Both the position numbers and the translations under genes were made by a program. From Candidatus Latescibacterota bacterium (GTDB lineage: Bacteria; Latescibacterota; UBA2968): a stretch of 64,000 nt of DNA. Shown here piece by piece: positions 9,950 to 19,903 of this stretch (position 1 is its first letter; the number at the start of each line of letters is the position of its first letter). The notes under the pieces were generated by a model. It was not told where the DNA came from and did no database searches. It saw only the letters and a program-made list of their open reading frames with translations. The stretch covers positions 3,008,001 through 3,072,000 of the forward strand of contig OZ241986.1 of assembly GCA_965204375.1 (NCBI GenBank), given 5' to 3'.

Positions 9950-10776
9950 AAGAATTTTTGCTCAATATCGACCGCCGCATCATCTTCATTTTTGTTGCAC
10001 TTGGCGTCATCATTCCCGCGCTCACTTCTTTTAACCTGCCCATCAATCCCACTCCAAATGTGCAGTCTATCTACGACACCATTGAAGAAGTGGGAAAGGA
10101 AAACGGCACCGTCCTCATCTCCTTTGACTACGGTCCCGGCTCCATGCCCGAAGTACAGCCCATGGCCCTTTCGGTGTTGCGCCACTGTTTCAAGCGCAAC
10201 GTCAAAGTAGTGGGCATGTGCCTTTGGCCCCAGGGGGTAGGTTTGGCCCAACAAGCCTTTGATACAACCTCAAAGGAATTGGATGCCGAATACGGTAGCG
10301 ACTATGTCTTTCTCGGATTTAAAACCGGATTCCAATCGGTGGTTGTCAGCATGGGTCACGACTTCCACGGTACTTTCCCTCAAGATTTGCCTGGTAACAA
10401 CACAACCGAATTACCTGTCACCGAAAATATAAAGGGATTGGCGGATTTCGACTATGTGATATGCCTGGCAGCGGGCAATACGCCAGATGGAATATGGATA
10501 CCTTTCGGACAAGAACGCTACAAATTCAAATTTGGCCTCGGCTGTACGGCTGTGATGGCACCTGATCAATTTCCCTACTTGCAGTCGGGCCAAATGAACG
10601 GCATGATGGGGGGATTGGCCGGTGCCGCCGAATACGAAACCCTCGTGCAAGCCTCCGGTACCGCTACTGAAGGCATGCGCCCGCAATCCGTTGTGCATCT
10701 CATCATCATCTTCTTCATCATCCTGGGTAATGTGATGTACTTCCTCTATGGCCGCCCGAAAGGAGGTGCCCAGTGA
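9946..10776 (+). CDS. Hypothetical membrane-anchored protein
   Basis: N- and C-terminal TMs; GMMGGLAGAAEYE motif; ATGA overlap with upstream gene. Confidence 0.85.
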   Translation: MKEFLLNIDRRIIFIFVALGVIIPALTSFNLPINPTPNVQSIYDTIEEVGKENGTVLISFDYGPGSMPEVQPMALSVLRHCFKRNVKVVGMCLWPQGVGLAQQAFDTTSKELDAEYGSDYVFLGFKTGFQSVVVSMGHDFHGTFPQDLPGNNTTELPVTENIKGLADFDYVICLAAGNTPDGIWIPFGQERYKFKFGLGCTAVMAPDQFPYLQSGQMNGMMGGLAGAAEYETLVQASGTATEGMRPQSVVHLIIIFFIILGNVMYFLYGRPKGGAQ

Positions 10777-11504
10777 GCCGCGATCATATAATTTTTATTG
10801 TCTTCTTATTCATCTTTGCCACCATCAATATCTACCTCTTTGGCTCGGGCAGCCTATCTGCGGATTGGACCGGCTTTGGTACGTTTATCGCCGCTGGCAT
10901 TACCCTATCGCTTTATAGCTTTCTCTACAAAGACAACCCCCTCTTTAAATTTGCCGAAAACCTCTATGTGGGTGTAGCTGCCGCATATACACTCAATCAG
11001 ATTTGGTACACCGTGCTTTTGGCCGATGTCGTGAATCCCCTCTCCGAACTCGACAGCGAAAACCTGAGCAATCTATGGCTCATTGTACCCACATTGCTCG
11101 GCCTCTTCATGCTCACCCAACTCTCCTCGGCAAAATTTAGCTGGCTCAGCCGCATTGCATTCGCATTTGTCGTCGGCCTGGGGGCGGGACTGGCTATTCC
11201 ACGTACCATCGCGGCTAACGTTTTGGCCCAACTGGAACCGACCATGCAACCCATAGCAGCTACCTGGGTGGGATTAGACCTGTTTATTATTCTGGTCGGC
11301 GTCGTTACGGTACTCGTCTATTTCTTCTACTCTGTCGAACACACCGGTCCCGTGGGTGTGGCGTCCAAAATTGGTATCTGGTTTCTCATGATCTCGTTTG
11401 GCGCATCATTTGGCTACACCATTATGGCGCGTCTTTCACTACTAATTGGACGCGTCGGGTTCTTGCTCGAAGACTGGCTCGTGCTCCCATTGCCTTATTT
11501 TTAA
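10773..11504 (+). CDS. Hypothetical multi-TM membrane protein
   Basis: YSFLYKDNPLFKFAENLYVG and FGASFGYTIMAR; GTGA overlap; GGAGG RBS. Confidence 0.85.
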   Translation: MSRDHIIFIVFLFIFATINIYLFGSGSLSADWTGFGTFIAAGITLSLYSFLYKDNPLFKFAENLYVGVAAAYTLNQIWYTVLLADVVNPLSELDSENLSNLWLIVPTLLGLFMLTQLSSAKFSWLSRIAFAFVVGLGAGLAIPRTIAANVLAQLEPTMQPIAATWVGLDLFIILVGVVTVLVYFFYSVEHTGPVGVASKIGIWFLMISFGASFGYTIMARLSLLIGRVGFLLEDWLVLPLPYF

Positions 11505-11559
11505 TTAGAAAAAAACGGGAACGTTCAAACCCATATAGAAGTCCAAAGAAAAATCTTAC

Positions 11560-12522
11560 ATGCCCAATTCCGTGCTGACAGTTGACAACCTCCAAACGCA
11601 TTTTCATACAGACAGCGGAACAGCGAGGGCGGTAGATGGCGTATCATTCACGCTCAACAAGGGCAAAACATATGGCCTTGTTGGTGAATCGGGGTGCGGA
11701 AAAAGTGTCACTTCGCTGTCAATCATGCGATTGGTACCTCATCCTGGCCGCATTGAAAGTGGGCATATTTTTTTTCAGGACCGTGACCTGGTATCCCTTT
11801 CAGATACCGAAATGCGCGACATACGCGGCAATGACATTGCCATGATCTTTCAGGAACCCATGACCAGCCTCAACCCTGTTTACACCTGTGGGTTTCAGAT
11901 TGATGAAGCTGTGAGGCGACATCAGGGATTAGAAAAAACAAAAGCGCGAAAAAAAACAGTTGAAATGCTCCACCTCGTGGGCCTGCCCGATCCCGAGCAA
12001 CGCGCAAACGAATACCCGCACCAATTATCGGGCGGGCAACGCCAGCGCGTCATGATCGCCATGGCCCTCTCGTGCAATCCCAAAGTGCTAATTGCGGACG
12101 AACCCACAACAGCACTCGATGTCACCATACAGGCGCAAATCCTGGACCTGTTGTGCGACTTGCAGCAACAACTCGGCATGGCCGTCCTGCTCATCACACA
12201 CGACTTGGGCATTATTGCCGAAGCCGCCGATCAGGTCGCGGTCATGTACGCAGGCAAAATTGTAGAAACCGGACCATCAGACGCGATCTTTCACAACCCC
12301 AAGCATCCCTACACACAGGGCTTACTCGCATCAGTACCCCGTCTGGACATCGCGAACAAGCGCCTCAGAACCATTCCGGGCACAGTGCCCGAAGCCACGC
12401 GATTTCCATCGGGATGTCGATTTGCGGATCGATGTGAAAAGGTCGATTCAATTTGTCGAGAAACCACACCACAACTGCAAACAATTAGCGGCAATCACCA
12501 GACCGCGTGTTGGATGGCATAA
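11560..12522 (+). CDS. Oligopeptide/dipeptide ABC transporter ATPase (OppD/DppD-like)
   Basis: [29 protein letters not shown]-terminal Cys-containing oligo_HPY region. Confidence 0.95.
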   Translation: MPNSVLTVDNLQTHFHTDSGTARAVDGVSFTLNKGKTYGLVGESGCGKSVTSLSIMRLVPHPGRIESGHIFFQDRDLVSLSDTEMRDIRGNDIAMIFQEPMTSLNPVYTCGFQIDEAVRRHQGLEKTKARKKTVEMLHLVGLPDPEQRANEYPHQLSGGQRQRVMIAMALSCNPKVLIADEPTTALDVTIQAQILDLLCDLQQQLGMAVLLITHDLGIIAEAADQVAVMYAGKIVETGPSDAIFHNPKHPYTQGLLASVPRLDIANKRLRTIPGTVPEATRFPSGCRFADRCEKVDSICRETTPQLQTISGNHQTACWMA

Positions 12523-12534
12523 AGGCGAGAAATA

Positions 12535-13485
12535 GTGCTTCTTCAAGTACAAAATCTAAAAAAACACTACCCCATTTCTCAGGGACTTTGGGGACGCAAC
12601 GCCGGGCATGTCAAAGCAGTAGATGACGTCAGCTTCGATATCTCTCCCGGCGAAACCCTCGGCCTAGTCGGCGAATCCGGATGCGGAAAAACCACAACTG
12701 GACGCGCCATATTGCGCCTTATTGATGCGACATCAGGCACCGTGCGATTCAAAAATACCGACATACTCTCCCTGGGAAAAAAGCAACTTCGAACACTGCG
12801 CCGGCACATGCAAATCATCTTTCAGGACCCTTACGGATCGCTAAACCCCCGCCTCACCATCGGCGGTATCCTCTCGGAACCCCTGAAAATCCACGGCGAC
12901 AAAACAAAAGAGCGAGTCGCCGACCTGCTCAACACCGTGGGCTTATCTCCCGACGTCGCGCGCCGATATCCGCACGAATTTTCCGGTGGACAGCGACAGC
13001 GCATTGGCATTGCCCGCGCATTGGCCGTAAAACCGCAATTCATTGTCGCGGACGAACCCGTATCTGCACTCGACGTATCGATTCAGGCACAAATTGTAAA
13101 CTTGCTCCAAGATTTACAGACTCAGTTTGGCCTCGCCTATCTCTTCATCGCGCACGACCTGAGCGTGGTCAAACACATCTCCAATCGCGTGGCGGTCATG
13201 TACCTGGGCAAAATTGTCGAACTGGCAGAAAGCCAGGAACTCTACGACAATCCGCAACATCCCTATACACGCGCATTGCTCTCATCAATCCCCATACCCG
13301 ATCCGCGCGTCAGGGGATCGCGCACCATTTTAACAGGCGATGTGCCCAGCCCGGTCAACATACCTTCGGGCTGTGCATTTCATCCGCGCTGTCCCGAAGC
13401 AACGCCGGACTGCGCCCACCGCAAACCCGAACTCTTAGACATTGAACCCGGCCACAGCGTGGCCTGTATCTTGCGGCACAATTAG
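12535..13485 (+). CDS. Oligopeptide/dipeptide ABC transporter ATPase (OppF/DppF-like)
   Basis: [40 protein letters not shown]. Confidence 0.95.
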   Translation: MLLQVQNLKKHYPISQGLWGRNAGHVKAVDDVSFDISPGETLGLVGESGCGKTTTGRAILRLIDATSGTVRFKNTDILSLGKKQLRTLRRHMQIIFQDPYGSLNPRLTIGGILSEPLKIHGDKTKERVADLLNTVGLSPDVARRYPHEFSGGQRQRIGIARALAVKPQFIVADEPVSALDVSIQAQIVNLLQDLQTQFGLAYLFIAHDLSVVKHISNRVAVMYLGKIVELAESQELYDNPQHPYTRALLSSIPIPDPRVRGSRTILTGDVPSPVNIPSGCAFHPRCPEATPDCAHRKPELLDIEPGHSVACILRHN

Positions 13486-13652
13486 AGGCGAATAGACGAA
13501 TAGACGGAGCGATGTACAACTGGCCGCTTCTCAGGCCAGTTCATAGACGAAACGAGGTAGGTTCAGGCCAGTTCATAGACGAATACCGTCCAACCACCCA
13601 AAGTTGTTACGACCCCCGTCGCTGATTCGTAGATTCGTAGATTCGTAGATTC
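13486..13652. repeat. Composite intergenic repeat cluster
   Basis: 21-bp direct repeat TCAGGCCAGTTCATAGACGAA at 13531 and 13563; (GATTCGTA)x3.6 at 13624-13652; CGAATAGA x2 near 13489; hairpin AACTGGCC/GGCCAGTT at 13518-13541. Confidence 0.85.
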
Positions 13653-13678
13653 TCACCCACCATCTCAAGGAGTCATAA

Positions 13679-16600
13679 GTGAAGGTCTTAAAAATATTAA
13701 CGTTGCTGTGTTTCACCGGCCTCGTATCCCACACCGCCCTGGCACAGCCCCCCTCTTTAGGTCCCGCCAAAGCCATTGGAGTTGACCTCGCGAACACCCC
13801 GTTAAACCGTCCGTCTCCCGATCAAAAAAGCTACACGTATTGGACGCCTGAAACAGCCGACGGCTTTTTCCCATCACTTTTGGGGCTGCGTACGGCCAGC
13901 GCGAGAATGATCCGCACCAGATATTTCAATATCTACTTCTCTACTGCCGAAAAAACCGCGCGCCATATTGCCGACTTCTGCGATGAGGTTCTCTCGAATC
14001 TCATGCGCCATTACCCCACCTTTGTCGATCGCATTGCACCCATCCACGTCGTCGTTGACGATCAGGCGGATTATCTGGGCAATGCCTTCGCCGTGTACAG
14101 CGCCAATTACATCCACTTCTGGACCAACCCCATCGACTGGGAAATCCGCGGCACCAGCGACTGGGTACGCAATGTTTTTGTCCATGAACTCGCCCATATC
14201 GTAACTCTGAAAGCCGCCTATAAGGGCTTGCCATTCCAAATTGGCATCGTCAACGCCTCTCGCGCCAATGAAAATCCCGATTTCAGCTTTACACTTGGCC
14301 TGTATCACCTCGCTGTCAACTCGGGTTTTGCCGAAGGCATCGCGCAATACGAAGCCACCCAATACGGCGACGACCGCTGGGACACACACCGCGACATGCT
14401 CCTGCGCATGGCCGCCCTCGAAAATGATTTGCTCTCCCTCCCCAGCATGGGACAACTCGGCGGCAAGGGCAACTACCACGGCGAAATGGTCTATAATCAG
14501 GGATATGCCATGCTCAACTACATTGGCGAACGCTTTAGTCCGAGTGTTGTCAGACAAATTTTTGAACACAGACCCATTATCAACTTCAACTCCTCGCTCA
14601 AAAAAGCCACTGGCGTATCGGCCAAACAACTCTACCGCGACTGGAAAGCGCATATCGAAGAACAATACAGCGCGGTTCAAAGCGACATCCAGGAAGCCGG
14701 CGAACGCGAAGGCGAATTGATCGTCGATAAGGGCAATCTGGACTATCACCCGGTCTATTCTCCGCAAGGCAACAAGCTGGGCTTTATCTCCAACGACGAC
14801 AGCGACTATTTCATCACCGAACTCAAAGTGATGGACCTCACCACCAAAAAAGTCACAAAAATAGCCGACCGCGTCGATAATCGCTTTGTCTGGACAGCCA
14901 GCGGCGACAGCCTGATGTACATCAAAGCCGTAGGCGCGCGTTGGGACATCTTCACCTATGACACAAAAACGAAAAAAGAAACCCGCGTCACTGTGGGGCT
15001 GCGCGGCAAAGACCCCACCCTCTCCCCCGATGGCAAACAAATCGCCTTTGTAACCATGAGAGATGGCACGGCGAACATCGGCCTTGTAAACACCGACGGC
15101 ACCGATGTGCGATACCTCACAAATAACAACGACGCCACACAGTATTTTGGTCCCAAATGGTCGCCCGACGGCAAACACCTGCTCTTCAGCGTATTCCGCA
15201 CGGGCGAAGACCGCGACATTGCCATCATCGACGTGGATGCCACAACCTGGGAAAAGAAAAAAGGCAGGCGTTCGCTAAAAAAAGAGGAAGTTGACACACA
15301 ACTCGACAGCCTCCAGCAGGCAAAAGCCGACAGCCTCAAGGCATTTCCCGACAGCCTCGCCTATGCCAACAATGCCAACTTCAAAGCCATCGTACACTCC
15401 ACAGCCGACGAACGCGACCCTATCTGGCTGCCCGATAGCAGCGGATTTGTCTTCAGTTCGGACCGCACGGGCATCTTCAACCTCTACACCCACGACATGG
15501 CGACCGGAGAACAAAAGCAACTGACCAATGTTGTGGGCGGCGCGTTTTTGCCCACTATTTCTCCCGATGCCAAATATGTGATCTACGCGGGGTATCACGC
15601 AGCAAACTACAACCTCTATCGCATACCCATCTCCGAGGCCGTTGCCGTTGATCCCCCCGAGGGTATTGCGCGAGACTATGCCGAGATTTACACCGGCAAA
15701 TCCATCACCGACCTTCACGACATCGGGCGGTATTCCACGCGCCTCGTCTCCTACGGCATCACACCCATCGCATTGCTGGGCCCCACATTTATCGGCAACC
15801 GATTCGGCCTGGATCAAATCAGCGCGGGATTTCAATGGGCCTGGGGCGACCTGCTCGGCAGCGACGTTTTTGTAACCACCGCCCTGATCGGCAAAAACTT
15901 CAGACGACAACAAGACTTCAACTCGGAATTTGCCTTCTACTACCAGAACAGCCTCACCCCCATTCTATCTGAACAAAGCACCTATGTCCCCCGCATCTTC
16001 TTTGGAGGCAGCAGGCAAACCATCAACAGTATCGTGGATTTGGGCACTGTCCAAACCGTGCGCGATACACTCAGCGGCACACTGATCACCACAAACGACG
16101 AGGGGCAACAGGTTCTAATCCCCAATGTTACGCAGCACTTAGACCTCACGGTTACAGAAGAAGACGATTTCAAGGATGTTTTCTCGGATTTTACGGTAGG
16201 CACCGAAATGGGGGTAGGCCGCGGACACTATTTCAGCCTGGCTTATGGCTACCGCAAGTATTCTGAGAACCTGCACGCCGTCCAGGTCCTTCACGACAGC
16301 TCTCGCGTATTTCAGACCAATTTGGGGACCGGTGCTATTGAAGACATCACCGATCAGATCCCCGGTCCGGGCTATGCATCGCAAGAAACCCTTCTCGACG
16401 ATTTTCTCTACAAAGAACTCGATTTCTTCAAAAGTAACGAATGGATGGGTGGTTGGAGCTACATCACCCTCAAACCCGCAACCGACCTCTACATCAACCC
16501 ATCGGGGGGGCGCGCATTATCCTTCCGCTATCGGCGCATCAATGCAACCGTAATAGATTCACTGGCCCGCACGCCAGATCTGAACGAGGACTTTGTCCCG

Positions 16601-17254
16601 GATGCAATCGGCGAAGACCTGTCACCCGCATTTTTCCGAGGCGATAAAGTCAACGTGGGATTCAACGAATACATCGCCTCCTTCAATGAATTTATCCCGC
16701 TCGTTGGCCGCTCAACACTCGCCCTACAGGTCTTTGGAGCCTACAAAGACAGCTACGTCAAAGAAGTACAACAAGAAGGCGGCACATTTGAAGGCGTATT
16801 CTATTACCCCCTGCGCTATTATCTCGGTGGTCTGGGCACCTTGCGCGGATATCCGTATTTCACAATCGCAGGCGGCAAAGCCCTCTTTGGTCGCACCACG
16901 CTGACCCTGCCCATCTTTAAGCACATCGGTGCGGAACTGCCGCCCCTCTTTTTTGACAAAGTTTACGCCTCGCTCTTCTTTGAGTTTGGCGGCACATCCA
17001 ATGCCGCCAGCATCGGCGATATTTTTGACGTAAATGAAGAAGTACACAGTGGGCGATGGGACAAATTCAAAAACTCTTTCCTATTTGACTACGGTGCCGA
17101 AATCCGATTCCAGATATTTTCACATTACCGCCTACCCATGTTCGGCTATTTCATCGTCGCCCGTCCCACCAAACTCGAAGTCCCAGCCCGCAACAACCCC
17201 GATATCATCGAAGAGGTCAGTGGGACGCGATTCTATTTTGGCCTGTCATTGTAA
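13679..17254 (+). CDS. Outer-membrane protein: zinc metallopeptidase (MA-like) + PD40/TolB-like propeller + Omp85/BamA-type barrel
   Basis: Signal peptide; HELAH...FAEGIAQY; repeated SPDGK/SPQGN; YYLGGLGTLRGY loop motif; ends FYFGLSL. Confidence 0.85.
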   Translation: MKVLKILTLLCFTGLVSHTALAQPPSLGPAKAIGVDLANTPLNRPSPDQKSYTYWTPETADGFFPSLLGLRTASARMIRTRYFNIYFSTAEKTARHIADFCDEVLSNLMRHYPTFVDRIAPIHVVVDDQADYLGNAFAVYSANYIHFWTNPIDWEIRGTSDWVRNVFVHELAHIVTLKAAYKGLPFQIGIVNASRANENPDFSFTLGLYHLAVNSGFAEGIAQYEATQYGDDRWDTHRDMLLRMAALENDLLSLPSMGQLGGKGNYHGEMVYNQGYAMLNYIGERFSPSVVRQIFEHRPIINFNSSLKKATGVSAKQLYRDWKAHIEEQYSAVQSDIQEAGEREGELIVDKGNLDYHPVYSPQGNKLGFISNDDSDYFITELKVMDLTTKKVTKIADRVDNRFVWTASGDSLMYIKAVGARWDIFTYDTKTKKETRVTVGLRGKDPTLSPDGKQIAFVTMRDGTANIGLVNTDGTDVRYLTNNNDATQYFGPKWSPDGKHLLFSVFRTGEDRDIAIIDVDATTWEKKKGRRSLKKEEVDTQLDSLQQAKADSLKAFPDSLAYANNANFKAIVHSTADERDPIWLPDSSGFVFSSDRTGIFNLYTHDMATGEQKQLTNVVGGAFLPTISPDAKYVIYAGYHAANYNLYRIPISEAVAVDPPEGIARDYAEIYTGKSITDLHDIGRYSTRLVSYGITPIALLGPTFIGNRFGLDQISAGFQWAWGDLLGSDVFVTTALIGKNFRRQQDFNSEFAFYYQNSLTPILSEQSTYVPRIFFGGSRQTINSIVDLGTVQTVRDTLSGTLITTNDEGQQVLIPNVTQHLDLTVTEEDDFKDVFSDFTVGTEMGVGRGHYFSLAYGYRKYSENLHAVQVLHDSSRVFQTNLGTGAIEDITDQIPGPGYASQETLLDDFLYKELDFFKSNEWMGGWSYITLKPATDLYINPSGGRALSFRYRRINATVIDSLARTPDLNEDFVPDAIGEDLSPAFFRGDKVNVGFNEYIASFNEFIPLVGRSTLALQVFGAYKDSYVKEVQQEGGTFEGVFYYPLRYYLGGLGTLRGYPYFTIAGGKALFGRTTLTLPIFKHIGAELPPLFFDKVYASLFFEFGGTSNAASIGDIFDVNEEVHSGRWDKFKNSFLFDYGAEIRFQIFSHYRLPMFGYFIVARPTKLEVPARNNPDIIEEVSGTRFYFGLSL

Positions 17255-17271
17255 AGCCATCTCTCGCAATC

Positions 17272-17306
17272 AAGTGCTCCGCCTGTTTATAAGGCGGAGC
17301 ACTTTT
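17272..17306 (+). terminator. Intrinsic terminator
   Basis: AAGTGCTCCGCCT-7-AGGCGGAGCACTT followed by TT. Confidence 0.8.
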
Positions 17307-17316
17307 CGCTATTTTA

Positions 17317-18189
17317 ATGCTTATGTTGCAACTCATCCACGCGATGCGCCCGCGCGAATGGGTCAAAAATGTCTTTGTATTGGCCGCACTCGTTTTTACC
17401 AAACGCATTTTTGAACCCGGCGACCTCCTGCAAGGCAGTCTGGCCTTTCTCTGTTTCTGCCTCATATCTGGCGCAGCGTATCTTTTCAACGACATCCGAG
17501 ACAAAGAAAACGACCACCAGCATCCTCTGAAACGCCACCGCCCGATCGCCTCGGGTGCTCTCCGTGTCTCTGTCGCCGCCATCGCCGCTGTCCTCCTTGC
17601 CCTGATCGCCCTGATCGGGGGATTTTATGTGCACCCCCATTTTGGTATCGTCCTCCTTATCTATGCAGTACTGAACATCGCCTATACGCTGTACCTCAAA
17701 TACATTGTCATCCTCGATGTCATGATCATTGCCTCGGGATTTCTTCTGCGCGCCATCGGCGGTGCAGTGGCGATTCAGGTCGCCATTTCATCCTGGTTCA
17801 TCCTCTGTACCATGCTACTGGCTCTTTTCCTCGGCTTTGCCAAGCGCCGGCATGAACTCGCCCTTCTCGAAGGAGATGCCAGTGCCCACCGCCGCATCCT
17901 CGCAGAATATTCCCCACAATTTCTCGACCAGATGATCGCCATCGTCACAGCCGGCGCACTGGTATCCTACGCACTTTACACCATGTCGCCCGAAGTCATT
18001 GAAAAACTCGGCACCAAATACCTCAACCTCACCATACCCTTTGTAGTTTACGGTATGCTGCGCTACCTCTATCTCATCTACAAAAAAGATGGAGGCGGCA
18101 ATCCCACCTCCACTGTATTAGGCGATTTCCCCCTCCTGATCGCCTGCGCCCTGTGGTTGCTAACTCTGGGTGTGATACTCTACGTCTAA
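17317..18189 (+). CDS. UbiA-family prenyltransferase, decaprenyl-phosphate phosphoribosyltransferase-like
   Basis: MRPREWVKN, NDIRDKENDHQHPLKRHRPIASG, KRRHE; multiple TMs. Confidence 0.9.
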   Translation: MLMLQLIHAMRPREWVKNVFVLAALVFTKRIFEPGDLLQGSLAFLCFCLISGAAYLFNDIRDKENDHQHPLKRHRPIASGALRVSVAAIAAVLLALIALIGGFYVHPHFGIVLLIYAVLNIAYTLYLKYIVILDVMIIASGFLLRAIGGAVAIQVAISSWFILCTMLLALFLGFAKRRHELALLEGDASAHRRILAEYSPQFLDQMIAIVTAGALVSYALYTMSPEVIEKLGTKYLNLTIPFVVYGMLRYLYLIYKKDGGGNPTSTVLGDFPLLIACALWLLTLGVILYV

Positions 18190-18195
18190 CCTCTC

Positions 18196-18228
18196 AGCCG
18201 GTTCGCCACTGAATCGGCTCTTATTTTT
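18196..18228 (+). terminator. Intrinsic terminator
   Basis: AGCCGGTTC-6-GAATCGGCT followed by CTTATTTTT. Confidence 0.6.
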
Positions 18229-18318
18229 ACCCCTGCACGCGAGCATTGTGAAAAGACTTTGTATTTTGTATTTTGAACTCTCTGACAGTTTTTAATCCCT
18301 TCCACAAGGAGTTCCCGA

Positions 18319-19887
18319 ATGGCAGAGCAACCAAATATTTTGCTGATTATGAACGACGATATGGGCTATTCTGATATTGGATGTTACGGAGGCGAGATCC
18401 ACACGCCAAATTTAGATCGGCTTGCAGCCAATGGATTGCGATTCACCCAATTTTACAACACGGCGCGGTGCTGTCCCACGCGGGCATCGCTGCTCACGGG
18501 ATTGCATCCCCATCAAGCCAGTGTGGGACACATGATGGATGACCGGGAATACGAAGGGTATCGGGGCGATCTGAACTTTAAGAGCGTAACCATTGCCGAA
18601 GTACTCAAAACAGTGGGATATGCGACCTATATGAGTGGCAAATGGCATATCACGCGGCATACAGATGCGGATGGCCCCAAACACAGTTGGCCCTGTCAGC
18701 GCGGATTTGATCGCTTTTTTGGCATCATTACCGGTGCCGCCAATTTTTGGAAACCACAAACACTCACGCGAGACAACGAACAAATTACAGTGGATGAATT
18801 TCCAGAGGACTTCTTTTTAACCGATGCCATCAGCGACCAGGCGGCGGATTATATCCGCGAACACGCGCAGACAAACGGAGACCAGCCATTCTTTTTATAC
18901 ACCGCATACACCGCACCCCATTGGCCCTTACACGCACATGATGAAGATATTGCAAAATACAAAAATCGTTTTGCCTCGGGATGGGATCAACTGCGCGAAG
19001 AGCGTCTGGCGCGCATGCGCGAAATGGGCATATTGAAATCCGAATGGGGATTGAGCGACCGCGACCCTTCTCAAGTACCCTGGGAAGAAGCCGACCACAA
19101 GGCGTGGCAGCAACGGCGCATGGAAGTTTATGCCGCCCAGGTTGACCGCATGGATCAGGGCATTGGGCGCATCGTCCAATCCCTCGAAGAGACCGGGCAA
19201 CTGGACAACACCCTGATCGTATTTTTGGCCGACAACGGGGGATGTGCCGAAGAACTGGGAGGCGGCATGCGACGCAGCGCGATTGCCCCGGCCACCACGC
19301 GCGACGGTCGTCCAGTCCAACGCGGCAACGACCCAAACGTAATGCCGGGTGACGAAACGACATATCAGAGCTACGGCGTACCCTGGGCCAATGTATCCAA
19401 CACGCCATTTCGCCTGTACAAGCACTGGGTTCACGAAGGCGGCATTGCAACGCCCTTTATCGTACACTGGCCCGCTCGCGTAACGGATCACGGCGCATTG
19501 CGCGAACAACCCGGCCAACTTACCGATGTCATGGCAACCTGTCTCGATATAGCGGGAGCCGACTATCCCGAAACTTATAATGAGCACAATATCTTGCCGC
19601 TCGAAGGCACCTCATTAACCCCAATTTTTGACAACCGGGACAACGGCAAAGAATATCTAATCTGGGAACACGAAGGCAATGGCGCAATTCGCAAAGGCAA
19701 GTGGAAACTGGTCAAGCGTTACCCGGGCGATTGGGAGCTATACGACATTGAAGCCGACAGATCGGAACTCAACGATCTGGCAAATGACAATGCCGATGTC
19801 GTAGCCGAACTCGCGGCGATCTACGACACCTGGGCAGAGCGGTGCGGGATTGAACCCTGGGACAATATCCTCGCAAAGCGCGGGTAA
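18319..19887 (+). CDS. Arylsulfatase
   Basis: NDDMGYSD, CCPTRASLLTG (CxPxR formylglycine motif), GKWH. Confidence 0.95.
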   Translation: MAEQPNILLIMNDDMGYSDIGCYGGEIHTPNLDRLAANGLRFTQFYNTARCCPTRASLLTGLHPHQASVGHMMDDREYEGYRGDLNFKSVTIAEVLKTVGYATYMSGKWHITRHTDADGPKHSWPCQRGFDRFFGIITGAANFWKPQTLTRDNEQITVDEFPEDFFLTDAISDQAADYIREHAQTNGDQPFFLYTAYTAPHWPLHAHDEDIAKYKNRFASGWDQLREERLARMREMGILKSEWGLSDRDPSQVPWEEADHKAWQQRRMEVYAAQVDRMDQGIGRIVQSLEETGQLDNTLIVFLADNGGCAEELGGGMRRSAIAPATTRDGRPVQRGNDPNVMPGDETTYQSYGVPWANVSNTPFRLYKHWVHEGGIATPFIVHWPARVTDHGALREQPGQLTDVMATCLDIAGADYPETYNEHNILPLEGTSLTPIFDNRDNGKEYLIWEHEGNGAIRKGKWKLVKRYPGDWELYDIEADRSELNDLANDNADVVAELAAIYDTWAERCGIEPWDNILAKRG

Positions 19888-19903
19888 TAAAAAGGAAAAA
19901 ATC

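Noticed and set aside
13531-13583. Possible mini CRISPR array
   Set aside because: Only two 21-bp repeats with an 11-bp spacer, and no cas genes in the window
13874-15178. 434-aa antisense ORF
   Set aside because: Shadow of the Omp85 fusion gene, explained by codon bias
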